64,000 nucleotides of DNA from Sphingomonadaceae bacterium (GTDB lineage: Bacteria > Pseudomonadota > Alphaproteobacteria > Sphingomonadales > Sphingomonadaceae): contig JAXMDV010000001.1 of assembly GCA_046348665.1 (NCBI GenBank), forward strand, positions 1,859,797 to 1,923,796, read 5' to 3'. The translations under genes and the position numbers were made by a program. Of this stretch, positions 37,421-46,006 are shown in pieces (the stretch's first letter is position 1; the number at the start of each line of letters is the position of its first letter). The notes beneath the pieces were generated by a model that had not been told where the DNA came from, made no database searches, and saw only the letters and a program-made list of their open reading frames with translations.

Positions 37421-38011
37421 GTGCGGAATTTAGGGCGTATCCCTGTTTTGCCGACGCTGCTGGTGCTTGCGGCAGTGGCCATGATGGTGCGATTGGGTTT
37501 CTGGCAGCTTGACCGGTTGCATCAGAAAGAGGCGTTGCTACGCACCTATTCGGCCAATCTGCATCAAGAGGCTGAGGCGATCGTATTACTCGGGAGCCCC
37601 TTCATACGCCGGGACAACTGGTATCGGCGTGTCCATCTTCTGTGCCGAGGGAAGGGGCTGACTGAACCCAGGGCCGGGCGCAACGCAAACGGCGAGGCCG
37701 GGTGGGCGCATTGGGCCAAGTGTTGGTTTGGCGATATCCCGGCCATCGTTGTCAATGTAGGCTGGTCATCCTCTCCCAATCCCGTTCAATTCATTGATTC
37801 GGAAATCGACGGAACAATTGCACCCGATGACATGGTCGTGGCCCGTGTGGTGGCCGACAGGCCATTGCCTGGCCTTCTGCCGAGCGCCCGGCCCGACCCG
37901 GCCGACATTCCCAACAACCACCTGTCCTATGCGGTGCAATGGTTCCTGTTCGCCGCCACCGCGCTGGTGATCTATGCGCTGGCGCTGCGCAAGCGGGTGG
38001 GCCGCGCATAG
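37421..38011 (+). CDS. SURF1 family cytochrome oxidase assembly protein (short, 196 aa)
   Basis: GTG start. N-terminal TM segment plus RLGFWQLDRLHQKEALL; C-terminal NNHLSYAVQWFLFAATALVIY. Confidence 0.8.
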   Translation: MRNLGRIPVLPTLLVLAAVAMMVRLGFWQLDRLHQKEALLRTYSANLHQEAEAIVLLGSPFIRRDNWYRRVHLLCRGKGLTEPRAGRNANGEAGWAHWAKCWFGDIPAIVVNVGWSSSPNPVQFIDSEIDGTIAPDDMVVARVVADRPLPGLLPSARPDPADIPNNHLSYAVQWFLFAATALVIYALALRKRVGRA

Positions 38012-38081
38012 CAATTTTCGATAAGCGCGCACCTTCGCGCAGGGTTTTCAATTGCGCGCGGTGCGGCTAACGCGCGGGCCG

Positions 38082-39482
38082 ATGGAATATGTCTCCACCC
38101 GTGGCAGCGCTCCGGCGCTGGACTTCGAAGGCGCGACGCTGGCGGGCCTCGCCAGCGACGGCGGGCTCTATGTGCCGCGCGAATGGCCGCGCTTCTCGAA
38201 AGAGGAGATCGCGGCGCTGGCGGGTCTGCCCTATCCCGAACTGGCCGCGCGGATCATGGCGCCGTTCGTGGGCAGCAGCCTGAGCCACGAGCGCCTGCTC
38301 GAACTTACCACCCAGGCCTATGGCCGCTTCGCGCACAAGGCGGTGACCCCGCTCAGGCAGCTGGATGAGCAGCAGTGGCTGCTCGAGCTGTTCCACGGCC
38401 CGACCCTGGCCTTCAAGGACGTGGCCTTGCAGATGCTGGGGCTGCTGTTCGAGGAGTTCCTGGGACGCGGCGGCGATCCGTTGACGATCGTCGGGGCAAC
38501 TTCGGGTGATACCGGATCGGCGGCGATCGATGCGGTGGCGGGCCGCGCGCGGATCGAGATCTTCATGCTCCATCCCAAGGGGCGGGTCAGCGATGTCCAG
38601 CGCCGGCAGATGACCACGGTGCTGGCGCCCAATGTCCACAACATCGCGATCGATGGCACCTTCGACGATGCCCAGGCGATGGTGAAGCGGATGTTCAATG
38701 ACCCGGCGATGACCGGACGCTTCGCGATCGGCGCGGTCAATTCAATCAACTGGGCGCGGCTGATGGCGCAGGTGGTCTATTACTTCGCCGCCGCCCTGCA
38801 ACTGGGCGCGCCGCACCGCGAGGTGGCCTTCGCCGTGCCGACCGGCAACTTCGGCGATGTCTTCGCCGGCTATGTCGCCGCCCAGATGGGGCTGCCGGTG
38901 GCGCGGCTGATCGTCGCCACCAATGTCAACGACATCCTTCACCGGGCGCTGACCAGCGGTGACTATTCCGCCGGAACGGTGACGCCGACCGCCGCGCCTT
39001 CGATGGATATCCAGGTTTCCTCGAACTTCGAGCGCCTGCTGTTCGACCTTGGCGGGCGCGATGGCGCTGCGCTGGCGGCGCAGATGGCGGGGTTCGAGGC
39101 GACGAAGGCGATGCAGCTTACCAACCTCCAGCGCGAAGGCGCGGCCCGGCTGTTTTCCAGCGCGCGCGCCGATGCCGCCGACATGGCAAGGGCGATCCGC
39201 TGGGCGCATGAAAACACCGGCGAGCTGCTCGATCCGCATACCGCGATCGGCCTGCATGCCGCGCGGACCGCCGAGCTGCCGCGCGAGGTGCCGGTGGTTA
39301 CGCTGGCCACCGCGCACCCGGCTAAGTTCCGCGATGCGGTCGAACGCGCCACCGGCCAGCGCCCCAGCCTGCCAAGCCGGATCGGCGACCTGTTCGAGCG
39401 CGAGGAACGTCTGGTGGAACTGCCGGGCGACTATGCGGCGATCGCCGGCCATGTCGCGGCGCATGCGGTGCCGCGTGGCTGA
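38082..39482 (+). CDS. thrC: Threonine synthase
   Basis: MEYVSTRGSAPALDFEGATLAGLASDGGLYVP, FHGPTLAFKDVALQ (PLP lysine), ATSGDTGSAA. Confidence 0.93.
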   Translation: MEYVSTRGSAPALDFEGATLAGLASDGGLYVPREWPRFSKEEIAALAGLPYPELAARIMAPFVGSSLSHERLLELTTQAYGRFAHKAVTPLRQLDEQQWLLELFHGPTLAFKDVALQMLGLLFEEFLGRGGDPLTIVGATSGDTGSAAIDAVAGRARIEIFMLHPKGRVSDVQRRQMTTVLAPNVHNIAIDGTFDDAQAMVKRMFNDPAMTGRFAIGAVNSINWARLMAQVVYYFAAALQLGAPHREVAFAVPTGNFGDVFAGYVAAQMGLPVARLIVATNVNDILHRALTSGDYSAGTVTPTAAPSMDIQVSSNFERLLFDLGGRDGAALAAQMAGFEATKAMQLTNLQREGAARLFSSARADAADMARAIRWAHENTGELLDPHTAIGLHAARTAELPREVPVVTLATAHPAKFRDAVERATGQRPSLPSRIGDLFEREERLVELPGDYAAIAGHVAAHAVPRG

Positions 39483-40497
39483 GCTGGTTCTGCCGCCGGT
39501 TGTACTGACCGGCGAGGGCTGGGCGGACTATGGCCTGGTCGACAGCGGTCATGGCCGCAAGTACGAGCGGTATGGCCCCTACAGCTTCATCCGCCCCGAA
39601 CCGCAGGCGATGTGGACCCCGCGGCATGAGCGCTGGCCGGCGGATGGCGAGTTCATTCCGGGCTCCGACGAAGACGGCGGCGGCCGCTGGGCCTATGGCA
39701 GCCGCGCGGTTCCGCAAGAGGGCTGGCCGCTCAGCCGCGGCGAGTGCCGCTTTACCGCGCAGTGCACCCCATTCCGCCACCTTGGCTTCTTTCCCGACAT
39801 GGCCCCCGTGTGGGACTGGATGGCGGAGCAATTCCTCCCCGGCACGGCGAGGGGGACCAGCGCAGCTGGTGGAGGGGCACGCGCAGGTGTTCCCGACGCC
39901 GCTGGCCAGCACGCTCAGGATCACTCGCCCGTACCCCTCCACCATCCCGCGGATGGTTCCCCTCCCCGTGCCGGGGAGGAATTCTCTTCCCTCAATCTGT
40001 TCGGCTATACCGGGGTCGGAACCCAGGCGCTTTCCGCCTTCGGGCCGGTCACCCATGTCGATGCCAGCAAGAAGTCCGTCGCCCAGGCCCGCGCCAATGC
40101 CGAACTGGCCGGGATCGCCGACCGCCCGGTGCGCTGGATCGTCGATGATGCCGCCAAGTTCACCGCGCGAGAGGTGCGGCGCGGCAAGCGCTATGACGGG
40201 ATCATCCTCGACCCGCCCAAGTTCGGGCGCGGCCCCGAAGGCGAGGTCTGGCGGCTGGAAGAAGGCCTGCCCCGCCTGCTGGCCGATTGCCGTGCCCTGC
40301 TTGATGCCGACAGCCGCTTTCTGTTCCTCACGGTCTATGCGGTCAGGATGTCATCTCTCGCATTGATCGGACTAATGGACGAGATTTTCCGCGACCTTCC
40401 CGGCAAATTGGAGCATGGCGACCTGGCGGTGCGCGAAGAAGGGCCTGGCGGGCGCCTGCTTCCAACCGCGATCTTTGCACGCTGGAGCAATGACTGA
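39463..40497 (+). CDS. Class I SAM-dependent (rRNA large-subunit-type) methyltransferase carrying an in-frame repeat insertion
   Basis: ATG 39463 (alternative GTG 39475: VAELVLPPVVLTGEGWADYGLVDSGHGRKYERYG). Motifs: LNLFGYTGVGT, VTHVDASKKSV, YDGIILDPPKFGRGPEGEVW. Confidence 0.8.
   Translation: MRCRVAELVLPPVVLTGEGWADYGLVDSGHGRKYERYGPYSFIRPEPQAMWTPRHERWPADGEFIPGSDEDGGGRWAYGSRAVPQEGWPLSRGECRFTAQCTPFRHLGFFPDMAPVWDWMAEQFLPGTARGTSAAGGGARAGVPDAAGQHAQDHSPVPLHHPADGSPPRAGEEFSSLNLFGYTGVGTQALSAFGPVTHVDASKKSVAQARANAELAGIADRPVRWIVDDAAKFTAREVRRGKRYDGIILDPPKFGRGPEGEVWRLEEGLPRLLADCRALLDADSRFLFLTVYAVRMSSLALIGLMDEIFRDLPGKLEHGDLAVREEGPGGRLLPTAIFARWSND
39830..39983. mobile_element. 154-nt near-perfect palindromic REP/MITE-like element embedded in-frame in the methyltransferase CDS (family E)
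   Basis: AATTCCTCCCCGGCACGG at 39830-39847 is exactly reverse-complemented at 39966-39983, and the two ~77-nt halves pair at roughly 80% by eye. The insert is equivalent to 51 codons with no stop in the host frame. Confidence 0.75.
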
Positions 40498-40500
40498 GCG

Positions 40501-40872
40501 ATGGCCGACAGCCTGATCCTTGAAGTCGCCGATTTCGAGCATGACGTCCTGACCGGGATCTATTCGGAAGAGACTGGCCGGCCGCAGCCGCTGCGCTTCA
40601 CCATCACGGTGCAGCTGAAACCCCGGCCCCGCTACGAGCCGGACACGCCGCTCGAAGCCAGCAAGAACTACATGGACCTCAAGTTCGCCGCTTCGCAGGC
40701 GCTGCCGCAGGGCGTGCATTTCAAGCTGATCGAGGCGGTCGCCGAACATGTCTGCGACACGCTGTTCGTTCAGGACGAGCGGGTCGAGGTGGTGACCGTC
40801 AGGATCATCAAGCTGGCGATCAGCGAGAAAGGTGAGCAGATCGGCATGACCCTGCGGCGCGAGCGGCGCTGA
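40501..40872 (+). CDS. folB: Dihydroneopterin aldolase family protein
   Basis: 123 aa: LILEVADFEHDVLTGIYSEETGRPQPLRFTITV, LIEAVAEHVCDTLF. Confidence 0.75.
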   Translation: MADSLILEVADFEHDVLTGIYSEETGRPQPLRFTITVQLKPRPRYEPDTPLEASKNYMDLKFAASQALPQGVHFKLIEAVAEHVCDTLFVQDERVEVVTVRIIKLAISEKGEQIGMTLRRERR

Positions 40873-41213
40873 TGGCACTGGTGTGCGTCACCGGGCTGCC
40901 AGCGGCCCCGCTCGATGCCGCCGCCCTGTTTCACGCCGAATGGCTGCCGCGAATCCGCCAGCAGCTTGCCGTGTCGGACGCGGAAAGCACGGTGCTTGCT
41001 TTCCCGCCCGCCGATCACGGCCATCGCGGCTGGCGGCTTGCGGCGGTGCAGGAACTGGCCCGCGCGCTGGCCCCGCGGCGGCTGAATGCGCTGGTTGGCG
41101 ACAGCGAGGCGGGGCTTGCCGCGGGCCTGGCGCTGCTTGACAATTGTCAAGGCATCACCGGCCAGCTTCTGGCAATCGACGAAGCCGGAATGCTACAAGA
41201 CGACCAGAAATGA
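40872..41213 (+). CDS. Hypothetical protein, reduced SDR/Rossmann-like relic (113 aa)
   Basis: ALVCVTG at the N-terminus, then [15 protein letters not shown] and [12 protein letters not shown], which resemble SDR C-terminal motifs. The gene is translationally coupled on both sides (ATGA overlaps). Confidence 0.5.
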   Translation: MALVCVTGLPAAPLDAAALFHAEWLPRIRQQLAVSDAESTVLAFPPADHGHRGWRLAAVQELARALAPRRLNALVGDSEAGLAAGLALLDNCQGITGQLLAIDEAGMLQDDQK

Positions 41214-42217
41214 CCACCGACCACCGCCCCCTGGTTGACCAGTTCAATCGCCGGATCACCTATCTGCGCCTGTCGGTGACGGATCGCTGCGACCTGCGCT
41301 GCACCTATTGCATGCCCGAGCGGCAGATCTTCCTGCCGCGCAAGGAAGTGCTCAGCCTCGAGGAACTGCACCGCCTGGCGCTGGGCTTTATCGAGCGGGG
41401 GATCAACCGGATCCGGCTGACCGGCGGGGAACCGCTGGTGCGGCGCGACATGATCGAACTGGTCCGCGCGCTGGGCCGCAAGCTGGGCGATGGGCTCGAG
41501 GAACTGACGCTCACCACCAATGCCACCCAGCTCGCGCAGCATGCCGCCGATCTCTATGGAGCCGGGGTGCGGCGGGTCAACGTCTCGCTCGACACGCTCG
41601 ACCGCGAGAAGTTCGCGGCCCTTTCCCGGCGCGACAGCCTGCCGCTGGTGCTTGAGGGGATCGCCGCGGCGCGCGAAGCGGGGCTGGCGGTCAAGCTCAA
41701 CACCGTGGCGCTGAAGGGCGTGAACGAAGGCGAAATCCCCACCCTCGTCGAATGGGCGCACGGGCAGGGGATGGAACTGACCCTGATCGAGGTCATGCCG
41801 CTGGGTGAAGTCGAAGGCGATCGGTTCGATCAGTACCTGCCGCTCAGCCAGGTGCGCGCCGACCTGGAACAGCGCTATACGCTCACCGCCAGCCAGCATC
41901 GCAGCGGCGGTCCGGCACGCTATGTCGATGTCAAGGAAACCGGCGGGCGGCTGGGCCTCATCACCCCGCTTACCGGCAATTTCTGCGACGGCTGCAATCG
42001 GGTTCGAGTCACCGCCACGGGCCAGATGTATCCGTGCCTGGGCGGCATGGAACAGATCGACCTGCGCGCCGCGATGCGGGGCGATGATCCCGATTCCGCC
42101 CTGTCCGAAGCGCTTGACCGGGCGATGCGGATCAAGCCGGCGCGGCACAATTTCGAAATTGACCGGCCGGGCGCCGCACCGGCGCTGGCCCGGCACATGT
42201 CGGCAACCGGCGGATGA
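41210..42217 (+). CDS. moaA: GTP 3',8-cyclase (molybdenum cofactor biosynthesis protein A)
   Basis: Start at [36 protein letters not shown] (radical-SAM CxxxCxxC). LTGGEPL, and the C-terminal [14 protein letters not shown]. Confidence 0.93.
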   Translation: MTTDHRPLVDQFNRRITYLRLSVTDRCDLRCTYCMPERQIFLPRKEVLSLEELHRLALGFIERGINRIRLTGGEPLVRRDMIELVRALGRKLGDGLEELTLTTNATQLAQHAADLYGAGVRRVNVSLDTLDREKFAALSRRDSLPLVLEGIAAAREAGLAVKLNTVALKGVNEGEIPTLVEWAHGQGMELTLIEVMPLGEVEGDRFDQYLPLSQVRADLEQRYTLTASQHRSGGPARYVDVKETGGRLGLITPLTGNFCDGCNRVRVTATGQMYPCLGGMEQIDLRAAMRGDDPDSALSEALDRAMRIKPARHNFEIDRPGAAPALARHMSATGG

Positions 42218-42453
42218 ACGCCAGGCTGGTGTTCCTGGGCCGGCTCGAAGACCTTGCCGGGTCGGGCGAGCGCACGGTTGTGGCGGGGCCGCTGGGCACT
42301 GTGCTGGCCGCGTTGGAGCCGGAACTGGCCGCTGCCCTTCAGGGTGACCGGGTGCGCATGGCGCTCAACGGTGATCTGGTGACCGATCCCGGCGCAATCG
42401 TGCTGAGCGAAGGCGACGAGCTGGCCTTTCTTCCCCCCGTCAGCGGCGGCTGA
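42214..42453 (+). CDS. moaD: Molybdopterin synthase sulfur carrier subunit
   Basis: 79 aa ending ...FLPPVSGG (C-terminal Gly-Gly). It overlaps the moaA stop. Confidence 0.85.
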   Translation: MNARLVFLGRLEDLAGSGERTVVAGPLGTVLAALEPELAAALQGDRVRMALNGDLVTDPGAIVLSEGDELAFLPPVSGG

Positions 42454-42454
42454 C

Positions 42455-42898
42455 TTGGCCGAGGTCCGCCTGCTTGATGCGCCGTTCGATCCGGCGGCAG
42501 AGCTGGACGCCTTTGCCGGGGCGCATGGCGCGGCCGGCGGCATCGCCAGCTTCCTCGGTCAGGTGCGGACCGGTGGGGGCGTCGAATGCCTCGAGCTGCG
42601 CCACTATGGCCCGCTGACCCTGCCGGGGATGCAGGAGCTGGCGCAGGCGGCCGAGGAGCGCTGGACGCTGGAGGGGCTGCTCATCATCCACCGCACCGGG
42701 CAGATGGCGCCGGGCGATCCGATCGTCCTCGTCGCGGCCGCGGCCCGGCATCGCCGCGATGCAATCGCCGCGATCGATTTCGCGATGGATCACCTGAAAA
42801 GCCGGTCGTGGTTCTGGAAGCGCGAACGGCGCGGCGGCGTATGGAACTGGATCGAGCCGCGCGAGCAGGACTATGCCGATCTGACGCGCTGGGATTAA
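42455..42898 (+). CDS. moaE: Molybdopterin synthase catalytic subunit
   Basis: TTG start 1 nt after the moaD stop. Motifs: GAAGGIASFLGQVR, IIHRTGQMAPGDPIVLVAAAARHRRDA, FWKRE. Confidence 0.9.
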   Translation: MAEVRLLDAPFDPAAELDAFAGAHGAAGGIASFLGQVRTGGGVECLELRHYGPLTLPGMQELAQAAEERWTLEGLLIIHRTGQMAPGDPIVLVAAAARHRRDAIAAIDFAMDHLKSRSWFWKRERRGGVWNWIEPREQDYADLTRWD

Positions 42899-43398
42899 CT
42901 TCCCAGCTTCAATCGCAGTTCGCCCAAGACCTGGTCGTGATGACCGATCAGCGCAATCACCGTGTCGCGCGCCTGGCCGATGGCGCTGGCGTCCTGCCCG
43001 CCCAGCACCGCCTCGTTGAACAGCAGGTCAAGTTCGGTCAGCGCGACCATCGCCTCGCCGCGGGCGGCTTCGAGTTCGGAGACCGCGACGGTGGCGGTGC
43101 TCCACGAATCGGTGCCCATCTTCGCTCCCGCCGCGCTGGAAACCAGGGTGCGTGCGCGGCCTTCCTTGTCGCGGAATTTCGCGTCGGCGCCGCGCGCCTG
43201 CGCGACGAGACCGTCGAGCCGCCCGGTCACCGCGGCCGGGGGCGGGGGGAGCGGGGCTGGTGGCGGCGCCGGAACCGGGCTGTAGGTTGCGGTAATCCGT
43301 TCCATCGGACGGCGCTCGAGCGAGGGATACTCGCCCTGTCCCGCGGCACAGGCAGCGAGCGGAAGGACCAGGAGCAGGGCGGCGATGGCACGGTTCAT
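42895..43398 (-). CDS. Hypothetical lipoprotein with a Pro-rich linker and helical C-terminal domain
   Basis: Start at MNRAIAALLLVLPLAAC (lipobox), then PVPAPPPAPLPPPPAAV and a helical domain. No family recognised. Confidence 0.6.
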   Translation of the reverse strand: MNRAIAALLLVLPLAACAAGQGEYPSLERRPMERITATYSPVPAPPPAPLPPPPAAVTGRLDGLVAQARGADAKFRDKEGRARTLVSSAAGAKMGTDSWSTATVAVSELEAARGEAMVALTELDLLFNEAVLGGQDASAIGQARDTVIALIGHHDQVLGELRLKLGS

Positions 43399-43450
43399 GG
43401 CAGGTGCCATAGCATGCCGGGCAATCCTTGCCAGAGTGACTTCTTCGGCG

Positions 43451-43479
43451 TTGACAGTCCCGGCACCTTCGATTAGGGG
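43451..43479 (+). promoter_or_regulatory. Promoter candidate for rplU-rpmA (TTGACA-17 nt-TAGGGG)
   Basis: A perfect -35 hexamer about 120 nt upstream of rplU, but a weak -10. The leader downstream has several short GC hairpins (for example CCCGGATCGCCGGG). Confidence 0.25.
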
Positions 43480-43571
43480 CAGCCCTTCTTTCGGCACCCC
43501 TGCTTATGGCGGGGTCCGATGTACTGCCCGGATCGCCGGGTGGTTTGGTAAAACGAACGGATAGAAGCACC

Positions 43572-43988
43572 ATGTTCGCAGTTGTGCGCACGGGCGGCAA
43601 GCAATACCGGGTTGCCGCCGGAGACAAGATCGCGGTCGAAAAGCTGGCTGGTGAAGCCGGTGAGACCATCACCCTTTCGGACGTCCTGCTGGCCGGCGAC
43701 GGCGGCGAAGTGAAGGACGCCAAGGGCGTTGTCGTTTCGGCCGAGATCATCGCCCAGGCGAAGTCGGAAAAGGTGATCGTTTTCAAGAAGCGTCGCCGCC
43801 ACAACTATCGCCGCCGCAACGGCCACCGCCAGCAGATGACCCTGCTGCGCATCGTTGCCGTTGGCGCCGAAGGCAAGAAGGCCGCTCCCAAGAAGGAAGC
43901 CGCCCCCAAGGCCGATGAAGCCGCCGCTGAAAAGCCGGCCAAGAAGGCTCCGGCCAAGAAGGCCGTCAAGGCCGCTGACGCTGAATAA
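43572..43988 (+). CDS. rplU: 50S ribosomal protein L21 with a Lys/Ala-rich C-terminal extension
   Basis: [20 protein letters not shown]..., [17 protein letters not shown]. The tail reads [40 protein letters not shown]. Confidence 0.95.
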   Translation: MFAVVRTGGKQYRVAAGDKIAVEKLAGEAGETITLSDVLLAGDGGEVKDAKGVVVSAEIIAQAKSEKVIVFKKRRRHNYRRRNGHRQQMTLLRIVAVGAEGKKAAPKKEAAPKADEAAAEKPAKKAPAKKAVKAADAE

Positions 43989-44007
43989 GAATTCGGAGTA
44001 GTACGAC

Positions 44008-44274
44008 ATGGCACACAAGAAAGCAGGCGGCTCCTCGCGTAACGGTCGCGATTCAGCTGGTCGCCGCCTTGGCGTGAAGAAGTTCGGCGGCCAGGAAGTG
44101 GTCGGCGGCAACATCATCATTCGCCAGCGCGGGACCAAGGTCTATCCGGGCGCCGGCGTCGGCATTGGCAAGGATCACACCCTGTTCGCGCTGGTCGCGG
44201 GCCGCGTGCGATTCCACCTTGGCAAGCTTGGCCGAAAGTACGTTTCGGTCGACATGCCGCAGGCAGCCGAATAG
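44008..44274 (+). CDS. rpmA: 50S ribosomal protein L27
   Basis: [29 protein letters not shown]...IIIRQRGTK. Confidence 0.97.
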   Translation: MAHKKAGGSSRNGRDSAGRRLGVKKFGGQEVVGGNIIIRQRGTKVYPGAGVGIGKDHTLFALVAGRVRFHLGKLGRKYVSVDMPQAAE

Positions 44275-44339
44275 CGGACAGCCGATGACGGGCTGTCCCT
44301 GATGGGATGGCCCCGCCGGTTCTCAATCCGGCACGAACG

Positions 44340-44369
44340 AGGGAGAGGGCCAGGCCCATCTCCCTTTTT
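44340..44369 (+). terminator. Rho-independent terminator after rpmA
   Basis: GGGAGAGGG-ccagg-CCC(A)TCTCCC, a 9-bp stem with one bulge and a 5-nt loop, followed by TTTTTT. Confidence 0.65.
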
Positions 44370-44496
44370 TCGTCTCTCCCTCAGCACGGCTGGAACAAGG
44401 TGCCCCTCCCGCAGGTCGTACCGCCGCAGCCGTAATGGCAATGTCACACGCTGCCGCTAGAGCGGCTGGCGTGGGGCGGATGACGAGAGGTGAGAG

Positions 44497-45063
44497 ATGT
44501 TCATTCGCAGCGAAAGACTGTTCCTGCGGCCGGCCTGGCCCGAGGACTGGCAGGAATTGCTGGCACGGATCGCCGATGAGGCGGTGGTCAAGAACCTCGC
44601 CAAGGCGCCCTGGCCCTATACGGCCGAGGATGCGCGCCGGTTTGCCGGCCAGCCGCAGCACCCGCGCTGCCCGCACTTCTTCGTAACCCTGCCGACCAGC
44701 CAGGAGCCCGCCAGGATCATCGGCTGCATCGGCCTTGCCGAGGATGGCGAGAACGTCGAGCTGGGATACTGGTTCGCGCGCGAGCACTGGGGCAAGGGCT
44801 TCGCGACCGAGGCGGTGCGCGCCGTGCTGCGACTCGCCAGGGTGCTGGGTCACCGCGAACTGGTGGCCGGCCACTTCGTCGACAACCTCGCTTCGGGCGC
44901 GGTGCTGCGCAAGGCCGGTTTCAAGCCGACCGGCAAGCTGCGCCAGCGCTTCAGCCTGTCACGCGGTCATGACGTGCAGTCGGTCGAGCACCGCATCGTG
45001 CTGGGCGACAAGTGCGATTGCGACGGCGGCGACGACGAACCCCGATCGATGCGCGCCGCCTGA
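44497..45063 (+). CDS. GNAT family N-acetyltransferase (RimJ/RimL-like)
   Basis: MFIRSERLFLRPAWPEDW..., IGLAEDGENVELGYWFAREHWGKGFATEA, NLASGAVLRKAGF. Confidence 0.85.
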   Translation: MFIRSERLFLRPAWPEDWQELLARIADEAVVKNLAKAPWPYTAEDARRFAGQPQHPRCPHFFVTLPTSQEPARIIGCIGLAEDGENVELGYWFAREHWGKGFATEAVRAVLRLARVLGHRELVAGHFVDNLASGAVLRKAGFKPTGKLRQRFSLSRGHDVQSVEHRIVLGDKCDCDGGDDEPRSMRAA

Positions 45064-45084
45064 TTTCCCGTGCGGGTGCTGGCC

Positions 45085-45978
45085 CTAGGCCAGCACCGCG
45101 TCGGGGAATTCGCTTTCGGCCTTGCCGATCAGCGCGCGGTCGTCGTGGTTCCAGGGGTGGAAGCCCGGCATGAAATAGGCGAACCAGGCCGGCACGATCT
45201 TGCGCAGCACGCCGGGCGTGCCGAACAGATACCAGGCCAGCCGAGCCTTGACCCTGAAGCCCTTCAGCCCGTCCTGCGCCAGCAGTTCGAGCGTGTCCTT
45301 CCAGCGGTTCTTGACGAAGTTCTGGGTAATCACCAGCATCATCAGGCTCTTGACCTTGTAGCGCCGCCAGGTGCTCCAGTCGCGGGTGGCGTGCATGAAG
45401 GTGTCGAAGGCGACGCCCTTGTGCTCGATCTCCTCGATCGCGTGCCAGCGCCACAGCGCGATCGTTTCCGGATCGCCCCCGGCGAAGTGCTTCGGATTGG
45501 CCAGGAATTCGTGCGCCATCATCGCGGTGTAGTGTTCCAGCGCCATCGTCGCGCAGAGGTTGACGATCGCCGGCCGCTTGCGGATTTCGGCCATCAGTTC
45601 TTCAAGCCGCGCATCGATCCGCTGCATGTTGTAGCCGGCGTCGGCGGCAGCCTTGTTGAGCACGATATGCTCGCGCGTGTGGTTGATTTCCTGGCGAACG
45701 AAAGCGCGGATCTCGGCGTCCAGCTTTTCCGGCACGCCTTCGCGGAAGGCTTTGACCGATTCGATGAACAGCGCTTCGCCGCGCGGGAACGTGGCGGACA
45801 GCGCATTGTGCCAGGCCGTGGCGACGGGATCGTTGTTGAGCCACCAGCGCGGCGGCGCCTTGTCGCGGCCAAAGCGGCGGTCGCGCACCACGATCTCGAG
45901 ATCGGAGGGGGTCGGAACCGGCTTGCCGAGGGGCGCGGCGGGTTCTACGTCGAGGGGGAACTTGGTTGGGGCGTTCAT
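45085..45978 (-). CDS. Metal-dependent hydrolase family protein (PF10118-like)
   Basis: Start at MNAPTKFPLDVEP (rc ATG 45976-45978). Motifs: ATFPRGEALFIESV, FVRQEINHTREH, MALEHYTAMMAH, RWHAIEEIEHKGVAFD. Confidence 0.78.
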   Translation of the reverse strand: MNAPTKFPLDVEPAAPLGKPVPTPSDLEIVVRDRRFGRDKAPPRWWLNNDPVATAWHNALSATFPRGEALFIESVKAFREGVPEKLDAEIRAFVRQEINHTREHIVLNKAAADAGYNMQRIDARLEELMAEIRKRPAIVNLCATMALEHYTAMMAHEFLANPKHFAGGDPETIALWRWHAIEEIEHKGVAFDTFMHATRDWSTWRRYKVKSLMMLVITQNFVKNRWKDTLELLAQDGLKGFRVKARLAWYLFGTPGVLRKIVPAWFAYFMPGFHPWNHDDRALIGKAESEFPDAVLA

Positions 45979-45990
45979 GTTCCTCGATTT

Positions 45991-46005
45991 AGGGTAACTT
46001 ACACT
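45991..46005. promoter_or_regulatory. Imperfect palindrome AGGGTAA-c-TTACACT in the 28-bp divergent spacer; candidate TetR operator
   Basis: The half-sites match 6/7. It is the only AT-rich patch between the two start codons (45978 and 46007). Confidence 0.35.
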
Positions 46006-46006
46006 G

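Noticed and set aside
41144-41213. Molybdenum-cofactor riboswitch upstream of moaA
   Set aside because: moaA has no leader. Its ATG (41210) overlaps the stop of the preceding ORF in a folB-ORF-moaA-moaD-moaE string, and no structured non-coding region is available.
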